In this document: piece after piece, positions 30,551 through 40,286 of the stretch
Numbering within the stretch: the first letter of the stretch is position 1
Layout of the letters: every line of letters begins with the position of its first letter
Assembly: GCF_056712565.1 (NCBI RefSeq)
Contig: NZ_CM160072.1
DNA length: 64,000 bases
Direction: 5' to 3' (one strand)
Translations under genes and position numbers: made by a program
The notes under the pieces: model-generated
What the model saw: the letters and a program-made list of their open reading frames with translations, nothing else
The model's database searches: none
Told to the model about the DNA's origin: nothing

Positions 30551-30957
30551 CAGAAATCCTCCTCTGCTGTTGCTACCTGTCTCCAGACGACGCAGGTTTG
30601 CTTTGCGATTTGCGTCAGGTGTTCACACAGTTCATCAACATTCATGCTGTCCTGGTTATCAACCAGTTCGAGCGCCAGCGGCAGAGAAAGGCCGCTGATT
30701 ACCCGCAGACGAGGATTGCGCATCGCAAGCATCGCTGCCGCATTCCACGGGCTGCCGCACTGTAAATCCACGGCGATTAGCCACTCGTCATGATTGTGAA
30801 TGCTCACTAACTTCTCCAGCTTTGCCACAATGTCTCCGGCGTTCTCGCCGGGCACAAATTCAACTGCCTCGACCCTGGCATCGCCGTACACCATCTGAAC
30901 CGATTCCAGCATGGCGCAGGCTAATTTGCCGTGGGCGCAAAAAATGGCATTGACCAT
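30550..30957 (-). CDS. sorF: PTS sorbose-specific EIIA component
   Basis: 135-aa ORF with mannose-family IIA N-terminus (CAHGKLA, phospho-His); stop/start overlap with sorB. Confidence 0.82.
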   Translation of the reverse strand: MVNAIFCAHGKLACAMLESVQMVYGDARVEAVEFVPGENAGDIVAKLEKLVSIHNHDEWLIAVDLQCGSPWNAAAMLAMRNPRLRVISGLSLPLALELVDNQDSMNVDELCEHLTQIAKQTCVVWRQVATAEEDF

Positions 30958-30966
30958 AAAGCCTCC

Positions 30967-31773
30967 TTAGCCGCGCGTTTTGCCGCCTGCAATGTTAGTG
31001 GTTACTCCGGTGATATAGCTGGCGCGTTCAGACAGCAGATAACAAACAAAATCAGCCACTTCTGCTAATCTTCCGGCGCGCCCAATAGGAATGGCGTTTT
31101 TGGTATAGCCTTCACGCAGCTGCTCGACGGTGATATTGCGCGTCCACGCCAGCGCTTCTTCATATTCCGGCGTGCGCAGTCCTGTTTTTTCCAGAATCCC
31201 CGGCGCGATACCGACCACACGGATACCGTGCTTGCCCAGCTCTTTCGACCAGGAGCGCGTGAAGCTATTGAGCGCGGCTTTGGTCGCGGCGTAACAGCTT
31301 TGGCCTTCTGAGCCTTCCAGCCCACTTTCTGAGGAAACATTCACAATCACGCCATCATGTTGTTTGACCATCTGTCGCGCCACCGCCTGCGACATCAGAA
31401 AAACGCCTTTCTGGTTGATATTGACCATTTTTTCGAATGCAGCTTCGTTGAGTTCATACTGCCCGGCAGGCGCTTTCTCATCGACCAGCAGACGCGGGAA
31501 ATTGACCCCGGCGTTGTTAACCAGACCGTCGATGCGACCAAAACGCTGGATAATTTCTGCTACCGTATGATTTATCTCTTTGGCGCTGGAAATATCGGTC
31601 GGCCAGAACTGATAACCTTTATGGCTTTCATATTGACCATCGCCACCGTGAATATCGACCATCTGTACATTCGCGCCTTGTGCTAATAATTCCTCTACAA
31701 TCGCCAGACCAATACCGGATGCGCCACCGGTGACAATAATGATTTTATCCTGCAAATTTAACCACGTTTGCAT
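30967..31773 (-). CDS. sorD: sorbitol(glucitol)-6-phosphate 2-dehydrogenase (SDR family)
   Basis: 268-aa short-chain dehydrogenase (TGGASGIG Rossmann motif; YAATKAA catalytic region). Confidence 0.82.
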   Translation of the reverse strand: MQTWLNLQDKIIIVTGGASGIGLAIVEELLAQGANVQMVDIHGGDGQYESHKGYQFWPTDISSAKEINHTVAEIIQRFGRIDGLVNNAGVNFPRLLVDEKAPAGQYELNEAAFEKMVNINQKGVFLMSQAVARQMVKQHDGVIVNVSSESGLEGSEGQSCYAATKAALNSFTRSWSKELGKHGIRVVGIAPGILEKTGLRTPEYEEALAWTRNITVEQLREGYTKNAIPIGRAGRLAEVADFVCYLLSERASYITGVTTNIAGGKTRG

Positions 31774-31842
31774 AACAGACTCCTGATTTTAGATAGTAGG
31801 GACCCGCCGTAATTTTTATTACGGTAAACATCGGGAAGATTT

Positions 31843-32790
31843 TTATTTCAGTAATAGTTCAGCTGTGCTGCTATTCGTTACCAGACAATTAATATATTTT
31901 CCACGCAGTGCACCAACAATTCCGCTGTATTTTTCTTCGCTCATGGCAATGCCAATGGAATACCGTGCCTGCTTTAATTTATTCATTTCGATAGAGAGTG
32001 TTTTTTCGCTCATATTCGTTTCAACCATTGCGCCGTGAATATCAAAAAAGCGCGAGCAAATATCGCCAGCAACCTGGCGGGCATTCAGGTCGTCACTCTC
32101 TTCACCACCATAAAACGCATGCCAGTTAGCGCCGTCGCGAATGGCCGGTGAGCCAATTCCCACCAGGGCGACATCCAGATTATCCCAGTAGGCAGAGATG
32201 GTTTTAAAGTGCTGAGACTGCATGATCCCATTACGAATTAATGGGTTATCCAGCAGCGCCGGAAAATCCGCGAGATGCGATTCCCCTTTCAGCTTCGCTG
32301 CCGCGCTGTAGGTTAATGTGTTTACGTGATAGCGGCTTTCGAGTTTACCGGACGGGCCGCCAATAATCGGCACGCAAATTAACTGCCGCGATTGCCCCGC
32401 CTGCGGCAAGTTTTCAACCAGTGCGCTCACCGCGCGGCCCCAGGAAAAACCGACAATATCGCCAGGTTCCAGCAAGCGATCCAGCAGTTGCGCGCCGTGT
32501 AACCCCATCATCGCCAGTTGAATATCTTCATCCTCATCATTTCCTGACACCACCACAACGTCTTTCAGGCCAAACTTTTGCTTCACTTGCTGCTCCAGCC
32601 AGAGATTTTCGTTGTAGTCATAGTTGATGGCGATGGTGACAATTCCCTGATCGCGGCCTCGTTTAAGCAAGCGGCTGATGGTAGTGCGATAAATACCCAG
32701 TTCGCGCGCAATTTGCGCCTGCGTCATATCCTGTTCGTAATAGAGTTGGGCAATCTTCACAATCAAACGGATATCGTCACTGTTTTCCAT
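31843..32790 (-). CDS. sorC: sorbose operon transcriptional regulator, SorC family
   Basis: 315-aa product from MENSDDIRLIVKIAQLYYEQDMTQAQIARELG (HTH) with AGGAGG 5 nt upstream; C-terminal sugar-phosphate binding domain. Confidence 0.8.
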   Translation of the reverse strand: MENSDDIRLIVKIAQLYYEQDMTQAQIARELGIYRTTISRLLKRGRDQGIVTIAINYDYNENLWLEQQVKQKFGLKDVVVVSGNDEDEDIQLAMMGLHGAQLLDRLLEPGDIVGFSWGRAVSALVENLPQAGQSRQLICVPIIGGPSGKLESRYHVNTLTYSAAAKLKGESHLADFPALLDNPLIRNGIMQSQHFKTISAYWDNLDVALVGIGSPAIRDGANWHAFYGGEESDDLNARQVAGDICSRFFDIHGAMVETNMSEKTLSIEMNKLKQARYSIGIAMSEEKYSGIVGALRGKYINCLVTNSSTAELLLK

Positions 32791-33137
32791 TGCCGCCTCC
32801 TGGTTCTGCACATTTGTGCAAATACGCTTTCTCACCGCTTGATCTGATATAACCCCATCATGATGGCCTTTCAAAGCGATTTTTCACTCTTTGCATGGGG
32901 GGAAATAGCGCTTTCTCTTGCACATTTGTTTCTCTGCGTAGTAGTCATCAGCACAGGTGTGCAGCGATGCGTAATTTGTTGATTATTCTTATTTTGCCAG
33001 GCAAATTTGCATCGTACTTCCGGAGACACTTTTGTGATAAAAGGCGTGGCAGATCACATTTAATTTCGACGTTGCCGCATAACCCTGTTTTTCCCCGCTA
33101 AGAGGTACGGTATATTCCGCGTTTTACAGGAGAATTT

Positions 33138-34010
33138 ATGCTGCCCGACTCATCAGTCCGTTTAAATAAATACATCAGCGAAAGCGGAATTTGCTCACGC
33201 CGCGAAGCGGATCGCTATATCGAGCAAGGCAATGTGTTCCTTAATGGCAAGCGAGCCACCATTGGCGATCAGGTGAAACCCGGCGACGTTGTGAAAGTAA
33301 ATGGTCAGTTGATTGAGCCTCGGGAATCCGAAGATTTGGTACTTATCGCCCTGAACAAGCCCGTCGGTATTGTCAGCACCACCGAAGATGGCGAGCGCGA
33401 TAACATTGTCGATTTCGTTAACCACAGCAAACGCGTGTTCCCGATTGGCCGCCTGGATAAAGATTCCCAGGGGCTGATTTTCCTCACCAATCACGGCGAT
33501 CTGGTGAATAAGATCCTCCGTGCGGGTAACGATCATGAGAAAGAGTATCTGGTGACGGTTGATAAACCGATTACCGATGAATTTATTCGTGGTATGGGGG
33601 CGGGAGTACCGATCCTCGGGACGGTAACTAAAAAGTGCAAAGTCAAAAAAGAAGCACCGTTTGTCTTCCGCATTACCCTGGTGCAGGGGCTGAACCGTCA
33701 GATTCGTCGCATGTGCGAGCACTTTGGTTACGAAGTGAAAAAGCTGGAACGTACGCGCATTATGAACGTCAGCTTAAGCGGCATTCCGCTGGGTGAGTGG
33801 CGCGATTTAACCGACGATGAGTTAATCGATCTCTTTAAGCTCATTGAAAATTCCTCTTCCGAGGCAAAACCTAAAGCGAAGGCCAAACCGAAAACGGTAG
33901 GCATCAAACGTCCAGTCGTTAAGATGGAAAAAACGGCGGAAAAAGGCGGTCGCCCGGCGTCCAACGGTAAGCGTTTTACCTCGCCGGGGCGCAAAAAGAA
34001 GGGGCGTTAA
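33138..34010 (+). CDS. rluF: 23S rRNA pseudouridine synthase RluF
   Basis: 290-aa ORF, S4 domain plus RsuA-type pseudouridine synthase core, basic C-terminal tail. Confidence 0.88.
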   Translation: MLPDSSVRLNKYISESGICSRREADRYIEQGNVFLNGKRATIGDQVKPGDVVKVNGQLIEPRESEDLVLIALNKPVGIVSTTEDGERDNIVDFVNHSKRVFPIGRLDKDSQGLIFLTNHGDLVNKILRAGNDHEKEYLVTVDKPITDEFIRGMGAGVPILGTVTKKCKVKKEAPFVFRITLVQGLNRQIRRMCEHFGYEVKKLERTRIMNVSLSGIPLGEWRDLTDDELIDLFKLIENSSSEAKPKAKAKPKTVGIKRPVVKMEKTAEKGGRPASNGKRFTSPGRKKKGR

Positions 34011-34283
34011 TCAGCGTCTGCCGCGCGTCGACGTATTTGCTGACCAGCTAAATGACGCCTCAGGATCCGGTTTATAAGCCTGCTTTTTCTTCAATTGGCG
34101 GGCTTTTTTCGCTTCAGCCTCACGCTCGACCATTAATTTATCGATGTACTCTTTCTTAATGCTGTTAGTTTCGGAGTTGGTCAGTACGCGACCATGCGCA
34201 ATCCGCGCCCGATCCAGCAGTGTTTTAAGTTCACGCTGCTCGCGTTCAGTCATCTCTTTTTGGGTAATACGGGGGAGTGCCAT
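34011..34283 (-). CDS. yjbD: DUF3811 family protein YjbD
   Basis: 90-aa ORF, convergent with rluF; K-12 synteny. Confidence 0.75.
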   Translation of the reverse strand: MALPRITQKEMTEREQRELKTLLDRARIAHGRVLTNSETNSIKKEYIDKLMVEREAEAKKARQLKKKQAYKPDPEASFSWSANTSTRGRR

Positions 34284-34535
34284 AATGGTGCCCTCAGTGA
34301 GCCAGAGAGTTCAGTGTACGGGAATTCGTTTGCGAGCAGAACTGATAATATTCATTTTGCCTTCTCTTAACTATTTATCTCTTTCGATAATTAGTTAGAG
34401 ATGCGGATAAAAAATTAAAGGCAATTATTCTCCGATAAAGACGCTGGTTAACAGGGAATAGACTCGTTTATTTATGGGCATAATGACAAGAAAAACAATA
34501 CGGCCCGAAATAATGTCTTCCGGGCCATACTGTGT

Positions 34536-35885
34536 TTACTCAAACAAATTAAAATGCAGCTTCTGCACTACCTGCTCGGCATCTTCGCCGGGCACCAGGA
34601 AGCACAGGTTATGGCTGGATGCGCCGTAACAAATCATGCGAATGTTGAACGGTTCCAGTACGCCGAATACCTCTTTGCCAACGCCGCAGGCTTTTGACAG
34701 GTCATTGCCAATCAACGCGACCAGCGCCAGACCCTCTTCCACTTCCACCCGGCACAGTGCAGACAGCTCCATCAGCAGAGATTGCGTCAGCAACGTATCG
34801 CCAGTGGAGGTTGAACCGGTGGTATCAAGGGTTAATGCCACACTCACTTCTGACGTGGTGATTAAGTCTACCGAAATATTATGCCGCGCGAGGATGCCGA
34901 AAACTTCCGCGAGGAAACCGCGAGAATGCAGCATATTCAGGCTGTGCAAAGTGAGCAGAGTCTGATTGCGACGAAGCGCCAGCGCGCGGAACAGCGGCGG
35001 ATTTTCAGTTTTATTGCACACCAGCGTACCACCTGCGCGTGGGTCTTTGCTGGAGCCGACAAAGACTGGGATATCGCTGCGTACTGCGGGTAGCAACGTT
35101 GCCGGATGCAGTACTTTTGCACCAAAAGTTGCCATCTCTGCCGCTTCGGCAAACGCGATTTCATCAATGCGTTTTGCTGCGGAAACCACGCGTGGATCGG
35201 TGGTGTAGATGCCCGGGACGTCGGTCCAGATATCAACACGAGATGCGTGTAAAGCCTCCGCCAGCAAGGCTGCCGTATAATCGCTGCCTCCACGGCCAAG
35301 CGTCGTTGTACGACCTTTATTTTCGCTGCCGATAAATCCCTGGGTGATCACTAAGCCTTCATTGAGGCGTGGGAGCAGCTGCAGCGCGGCCAGTTCCGCC
35401 AGCGCGGCTACATCTGGCTCTGCACGACCAAATCGATCGTTGGTACGCATCACTTTACGTACATCAAACCACTGTGCCTGAACATCGCGTTCGCGCAGGA
35501 TCTCGACAAACAGCAGGGTCGACATCAGCTCGCCGTGGCTGACCAGTTCATCTGTCAGGGCCGGAGACGTTGCCAGCGCCGCCGCTTCTGCCAGAACAGT
35601 AATATTCTCCAGCAGACGTTCAATCTCTTCACGGATAACGTTCGGGTAACGCAGACGTTCCAGAATGGCAAACTGGATATTGCGGATTGCGTCGAGTTTT
35701 TCGAATCGCTCGCCAGGTTCCAGTCCTTCAGCTAAAGCGACCAGTAGATTAGTGATACCAGCAGAAGCCGAGAGGACAACTAAACGTACGTTGGCATCAG
35801 AAAGCACAATATCAGCGCTGCGGTTCATGGCGTCAAAATCAGCTACGCTGGTACCGCCAAATTTGGAGACAACAATTTCAGACAT
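34536..35885 (-). CDS. lysC: lysine-sensitive aspartokinase III
   Basis: 449-aa ORF starting MSEIVVSKFGGTSVADF (amino-acid kinase) with C-terminal ACT domains. Confidence 0.94.
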   Translation of the reverse strand: MSEIVVSKFGGTSVADFDAMNRSADIVLSDANVRLVVLSASAGITNLLVALAEGLEPGERFEKLDAIRNIQFAILERLRYPNVIREEIERLLENITVLAEAAALATSPALTDELVSHGELMSTLLFVEILRERDVQAQWFDVRKVMRTNDRFGRAEPDVAALAELAALQLLPRLNEGLVITQGFIGSENKGRTTTLGRGGSDYTAALLAEALHASRVDIWTDVPGIYTTDPRVVSAAKRIDEIAFAEAAEMATFGAKVLHPATLLPAVRSDIPVFVGSSKDPRAGGTLVCNKTENPPLFRALALRRNQTLLTLHSLNMLHSRGFLAEVFGILARHNISVDLITTSEVSVALTLDTTGSTSTGDTLLTQSLLMELSALCRVEVEEGLALVALIGNDLSKACGVGKEVFGVLEPFNIRMICYGASSHNLCFLVPGEDAEQVVQKLHFNLFE

Positions 35886-35904
35886 AACTACCTCGTGTCA
35901 GGGG

Positions 35905-36165
35905 ATCCATTTTCAGCCTTGGCACAAGGGAAGAGCGGAAGACGGGTGGGCGCAGAGCGATACTTCGCTACTATTTTCACCCAGAAGTGCTCCACCACTT
36001 GCGAAACGCCCGACTGCGAACGCTTCTGGTGACAACCCAGGGGATTCAGCCCCTGTAGCCGATGATGAACGTAGCCAGCCGTTCAATCACCTCGGCGATG
36101 CACCCCCTCAGGTGTTATCACAGGACTGGCTCCTCCAACACCGTTACTTGGGCAACGCGCCTCTT
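35905..36165 (-). promoter_or_regulatory. lysine riboswitch (L-box) in lysC 5' leader
   Basis: Long untranslated leader upstream of lysC; reverse complement reads as the lysC leader sequence I recall from K-12 (…GAGGCGCGTTGCCCAAGTAACGGTG…GGGTGAAAATAGTAGCGAAGTATCGC…). Confidence 0.8.
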
Positions 36166-36409
36166 CTGGCCTGCGCTAGCGCAGGTAGTACATTTATAAA
36201 TAAAGGGTGAGCGGGGCGGTTGTCAACGATGGGGTCATGCGGATTTTTCATCCACTCCTGGCGGTCAGTAGTTCAGCTAATAAATGCTTCGCTGCGCTAA
36301 GGGTTTACACTCAACATTACGCTAACGGCACTAAAACCATCACATTTTTCTGTGACTGGCGCTACAATCTTCCAAAGTCACAATTCTCAAAATCAGAAGA
36401 GTATTGCTA

Positions 36410-38059
36410 ATGAAAAACATCAATCCAACGCAGACCGCTGCCTGGCAGGCACTACAGAAACACTTCGATGAAATGAAAGACGTTACGATCGCCGATCTTT
36501 TTGCTAAAGACGGCGATCGTTTTTCTAAGTTCTCCGCAACCTTCGACGATCAGATGCTGGTGGATTACTCCAAAAACCGCATCACTGAAGAGACGCTGGC
36601 GAAATTACAAGATCTGGCGAAAGAGTGCGATCTGGCGGGCGCGATTAAGTCGATGTTCTCTGGCGAGAAGATCAACCGCACTGAAAACCGCGCCGTACTG
36701 CACGTAGCGCTGCGTAACCGTAGCAATACCCCGATTCTGGTTGATGGCAAAGATGTTATGCCGGAAGTCAACGCAGTGCTGGAGAAGATGAAAACCTTCT
36801 CGGAAGCGATTATTTCCGGTGAGTGGAAAGGCTATACCGGCAAGGCAATCACTGACGTAGTGAACATCGGGATCGGCGGTTCTGACCTCGGCCCGTACAT
36901 GGTGACTGAAGCACTGCGTCCATACAAAAACCACCTGAACATGCACTTTGTTTCTAACGTCGATGGGACTCACATCGCGGAAGTGCTGAAAAAAGTAAAC
37001 CCGGAAACCACGCTGTTCCTGGTAGCATCTAAAACCTTCACCACTCAGGAAACCATGACCAACGCCCATAGCGCGCGTGACTGGTTCCTGAAAGCGGCAG
37101 GTGATGAGAAACACGTTGCGAAACACTTCGCTGCGCTCTCAACCAACGCCAAAGCCGTTGGCGAGTTTGGTATTGATACTGCCAACATGTTCGAATTCTG
37201 GGACTGGGTCGGCGGTCGTTACTCTTTGTGGTCAGCGATTGGCCTGTCGATTGTTCTCTCCATCGGCTTTGATAACTTCGTTGAACTGCTTTCTGGCGCA
37301 CACGCGATGGACAAGCATTTCTCCACCACGCCTGCCGAGAAAAACCTGCCTGTACTGCTGGCGCTGATTGGCATCTGGTACAACAATTTCTTTGGCGCGG
37401 AAACTGAAGCGATTCTGCCGTATGACCAGTATATGCACCGTTTCGCGGCGTACTTCCAGCAGGGCAATATGGAATCCAACGGTAAGTATGTTGACCGTAA
37501 CGGTAAGGTTGTGGATTACCAGACTGGCCCGATTATCTGGGGTGAACCTGGCACGAACGGTCAGCACGCGTTCTATCAGCTGATCCACCAGGGAACCAAA
37601 ATGGTACCGTGCGATTTCATCGCTCCGGCTATCACCCATAACCCGCTCTCTGATCATCACCAGAAACTGCTGTCTAACTTCTTTGCTCAGACCGAAGCGC
37701 TGGCGTTTGGTAAATCCCGCGAAGTGGTTGAGCAGGAATATCGCGATCAGGGTAAAGATCCGGCAACGCTTGACTACGTGGTGCCGTTCAAAGTGTTCGA
37801 AGGTAACCGCCCGACCAACTCCATCCTGCTGCGTGAAATCACTCCGTTCAGCCTGGGTGCGTTGATTGCGCTGTATGAGCACAAAATCTTTACTCAGGGC
37901 GTGATCCTGAACATCTTCACCTTCGACCAGTGGGGCGTGGAGCTGGGTAAACAACTGGCGAACCGTATTCTGCCAGAGCTGAAAGATGATAAAGAAATCA
38001 GCAGCCACGATAGCTCGACCAATGGTCTGATTAACCGCTATAAAGCGTGGCGCGGTTAA
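36410..38059 (+). CDS. pgi: glucose-6-phosphate isomerase
   Basis: 549-aa product from [19 protein letters not shown]. Confidence 0.95.
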
Positions 38060-38066
38060 TCATTGT

Positions 38067-38160
38067 CGATATGTAGGCCGGATAAGGCGTTCACGCCGCA
38101 TCCGGCAACCGATGCCTGATGCGACGCGGTCGCGTCTTATCAGGCCTACAGGTCGATGCC
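38067..38160. repeat. BIME/REP cluster downstream of pgi
   Basis: GTAGGCCGGATAAGGCGTTCACGCCGCATCCGGCA and GCCTGATGCGACGCGGTCGCGTCTTATCAGGCCTAC. Confidence 0.8.
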
Positions 38161-38215
38161 GATATGTACATCGTATTCGGCAATTAATACATAGTACGAT
38201 TGATTAAATAGCCTT

Positions 38216-38250
38216 AAAAACAATGCCGACTATAAGTCGGCATTGTTTTA
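38216..38250 (+). terminator. rho-independent terminator after pgi
   Basis: Perfect hairpin AAAACAATGCCGACT-ATAA-GTCGGCATTGTTTT. Confidence 0.75.
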
Positions 38251-38556
38251 TCAGATAAATCCTCTTGTCTGTCATTTAACGAAAATCATACCGTGAGGTT
38301 AATCCTAAAATAAATTTTTAATCGTGGTTTATTTCGGAAAATACGCAGAGTAATTACTTTTTATTTTATTTTAACTTCATGATTTTTAATCTTATTTATA
38401 TATAAGTCAAAGCTTATATTTGATATTCATTCCAATTGTCCTAAAACTCCATCACTAATTCCCCGCGCCGTAATTCGCATGCTTTAGTTGTGTATACTCG
38501 ATCCCGCCCGAAATGTTTTGGGTAAATCTCCATTCATTCAATGAAGGGAAATTGTT

Positions 38557-38799
38557 ATGAAAAAAGTTCTGTATGGCATTTTTGCCATATCTGCGCTTGC
38601 GGCGACTTCTGCGTGGGCTGCACCTGTACAGGTGGGCGAAGCGGCAGGATCGGCAGCAACGTCGGTTTCGGCGGGGAGTTCCTCCGCGACCAGCGTCAGC
38701 ACCGTAAGCTCGGCGGTGGGTGTCGCGCTCGCGGCAACCGGTGGCGGTGATGGTTCTAATACCGGGACCACCACAACCACGACCACCAGTACCCAGTAA
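38557..38799 (+). CDS. yjbE: small secreted Ser/Ala/Thr/Gly-rich protein YjbE
   Basis: 80-aa ORF with signal peptide ([21 protein letters not shown]) and low-complexity body; first gene of yjbEFGH. Confidence 0.8.
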
Positions 38800-38913
38800 T
38801 AAAGTATGTATCCCCAAAATAATTCGAGTCATCGCATCTGAAGCTTGAAGTATGAAGGGGATTAACCATAACCACACTCCGGTGTGGTTATTCTGCCCCT
38901 CTGGAGAAGAGTC

Positions 38914-39552
38914 GTGAAGCGACCTGCACTCATTCTTATCTGCCTGCTATTACAGGCCTGTTCAGCCACGACTAAAGAGCTGGGCAATTCACTGTGGGAC
39001 AGTCTGTTCGGCACGCCAGGCGTACAGCTGACGGACGATGATATTCAAAATATGCCCTACGCCAGCCAGTACATGCAGCTTAATGGCGGGCCGCAGTTAT
39101 TTGTGGTGCTGGCCTTCGCTGAAGACGGACAACAAAAATGGGTCACTCAGGATCAGGCCACTCTCGTCACACAACATGGTCGTCTGGTGAAGACTTTGCT
39201 TGGTGGCGACAACCTGATTGAAGTGAATAACCTTGCCACTGACCCGCTGATTAAACCCGCACAAATTGTTGATGGTGCAACATGGACGCGCACGATGGGC
39301 TGGACCGAGTACCAGCAGGTACGCTACGCCACCGCACGCTCAGTCTTCAAATGGGATGGCACCGATACCGTCAAAGTCGGCAGCGATGAAACCCCGGTTC
39401 GCGTGCTGGACGAAGAAGTCTCCACCGACCAGGCGCGCTGGCATAACCGCTATTGGATCGACAGCGAAGGGCAAATTCGCCAGTCGGAACAGTATCTCGG
39501 CGCGGATTATTTCCCGGTGAAAACCACTCTCATCAAGGCGGCAAAACAATGA
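38914..39552 (+). CDS. yjbF: lipoprotein YjbF
   Basis: About 212-aa product with lipobox (LLQAC) from probable GTG start inside ORF 38884-39552. Confidence 0.78.
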   Translation: MKRPALILICLLLQACSATTKELGNSLWDSLFGTPGVQLTDDDIQNMPYASQYMQLNGGPQLFVVLAFAEDGQQKWVTQDQATLVTQHGRLVKTLLGGDNLIEVNNLATDPLIKPAQIVDGATWTRTMGWTEYQQVRYATARSVFKWDGTDTVKVGSDETPVRVLDEEVSTDQARWHNRYWIDSEGQIRQSEQYLGADYFPVKTTLIKAAKQ

Positions 39553-40286
39553 TTAAACAAACTATTGTCGCATTGATTTTGAGTGTGGGGGCGTCATCGG
39601 TCTTCGCGGCGGGAACCGTCAAGGTATTCAGCAATGGCAGCAGTGAGGCCAAAACGCTGACGGGTGCAGAGCATTTAATCGATCTGGTAGGCCAACCACG
39701 GCTGGCAAACAGTTGGTGGCCCGGAGCGGTGATTAGCGAAGAGCTGGCCACGGCGGCAGCATTGCGTCAGCAGCAGGCGTTGCTGACACGGCTGGCAGAA
39801 CTGGCTGCAGATTCCAGCGCCGACGATGCCGCCGCGATTAACGCCTTACGCCAGCAAATTCAGGCGTTGAAGGTGACGGGCAGGCAAAAAATCAATCTTG
39901 ATCCTGATATCGTCCGCGTTGCCGAACGCGGTAACCCGCCGTTGCAGGGCAACTACACGCTGTGGGTCGGAACGCCGCCGTCCACGGTCACGTTGTTCGG
40001 GCTTATCAGTCGTCCTGGCAAGCAGTCATTCACTCCAGGTCGCGACGTGGCGAGCTATCTCTCTGACCAGAGCCTGCTCAGCGGTGCGGATCGCAGCTAC
40101 GCGTGGGTGGTTTACCCGTCCGGACGCACGCAAAAAGCGCCGGTGGCTTATTGGAACAAGCGTCACGTAGAGCCGATGCCCGGCAGCATTATTTATGTTG
40201 GCCTCGCGGACTCCGTCTGGAGTGAGACACCTGATGCCCTTAACGCCGACATTCTTCAGACTCTGACGCAGCGGATACCCCAATAA
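39549..40286 (+). CDS. yjbG: periplasmic protein YjbG
   Basis: 245-aa product from [20 protein letters not shown] (signal peptide); ATGA overlap with yjbF stop. Confidence 0.8.
   Translation: MIKQTIVALILSVGASSVFAAGTVKVFSNGSSEAKTLTGAEHLIDLVGQPRLANSWWPGAVISEELATAAALRQQQALLTRLAELAADSSADDAAAINALRQQIQALKVTGRQKINLDPDIVRVAERGNPPLQGNYTLWVGTPPSTVTLFGLISRPGKQSFTPGRDVASYLSDQSLLSGADRSYAWVVYPSGRTQKAPVAYWNKRHVEPMPGSIIYVGLADSVWSETPDALNADILQTLTQRIPQ

Noticed and set aside
26700-33137. Mobile-element hallmarks (integrase, transposase, IS inverted repeats, tRNA attachment site, flanking direct repeats) around the sor operon, and likewise around the AT-rich cassette at 23277-24284
   Set aside because: No transposase/integrase ORFs and no obvious direct or terminal inverted repeats were seen by eye; the islands are bounded only by REP elements and terminators, so I do not call a mobile element.
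38455-38877. 140-aa minus-strand ORF overlapping yjbE
   Set aside because: Overlaps the well-supported yjbE on the opposite strand and translates its repetitive GC-rich codons into an Arg/Gly-rich artefact.
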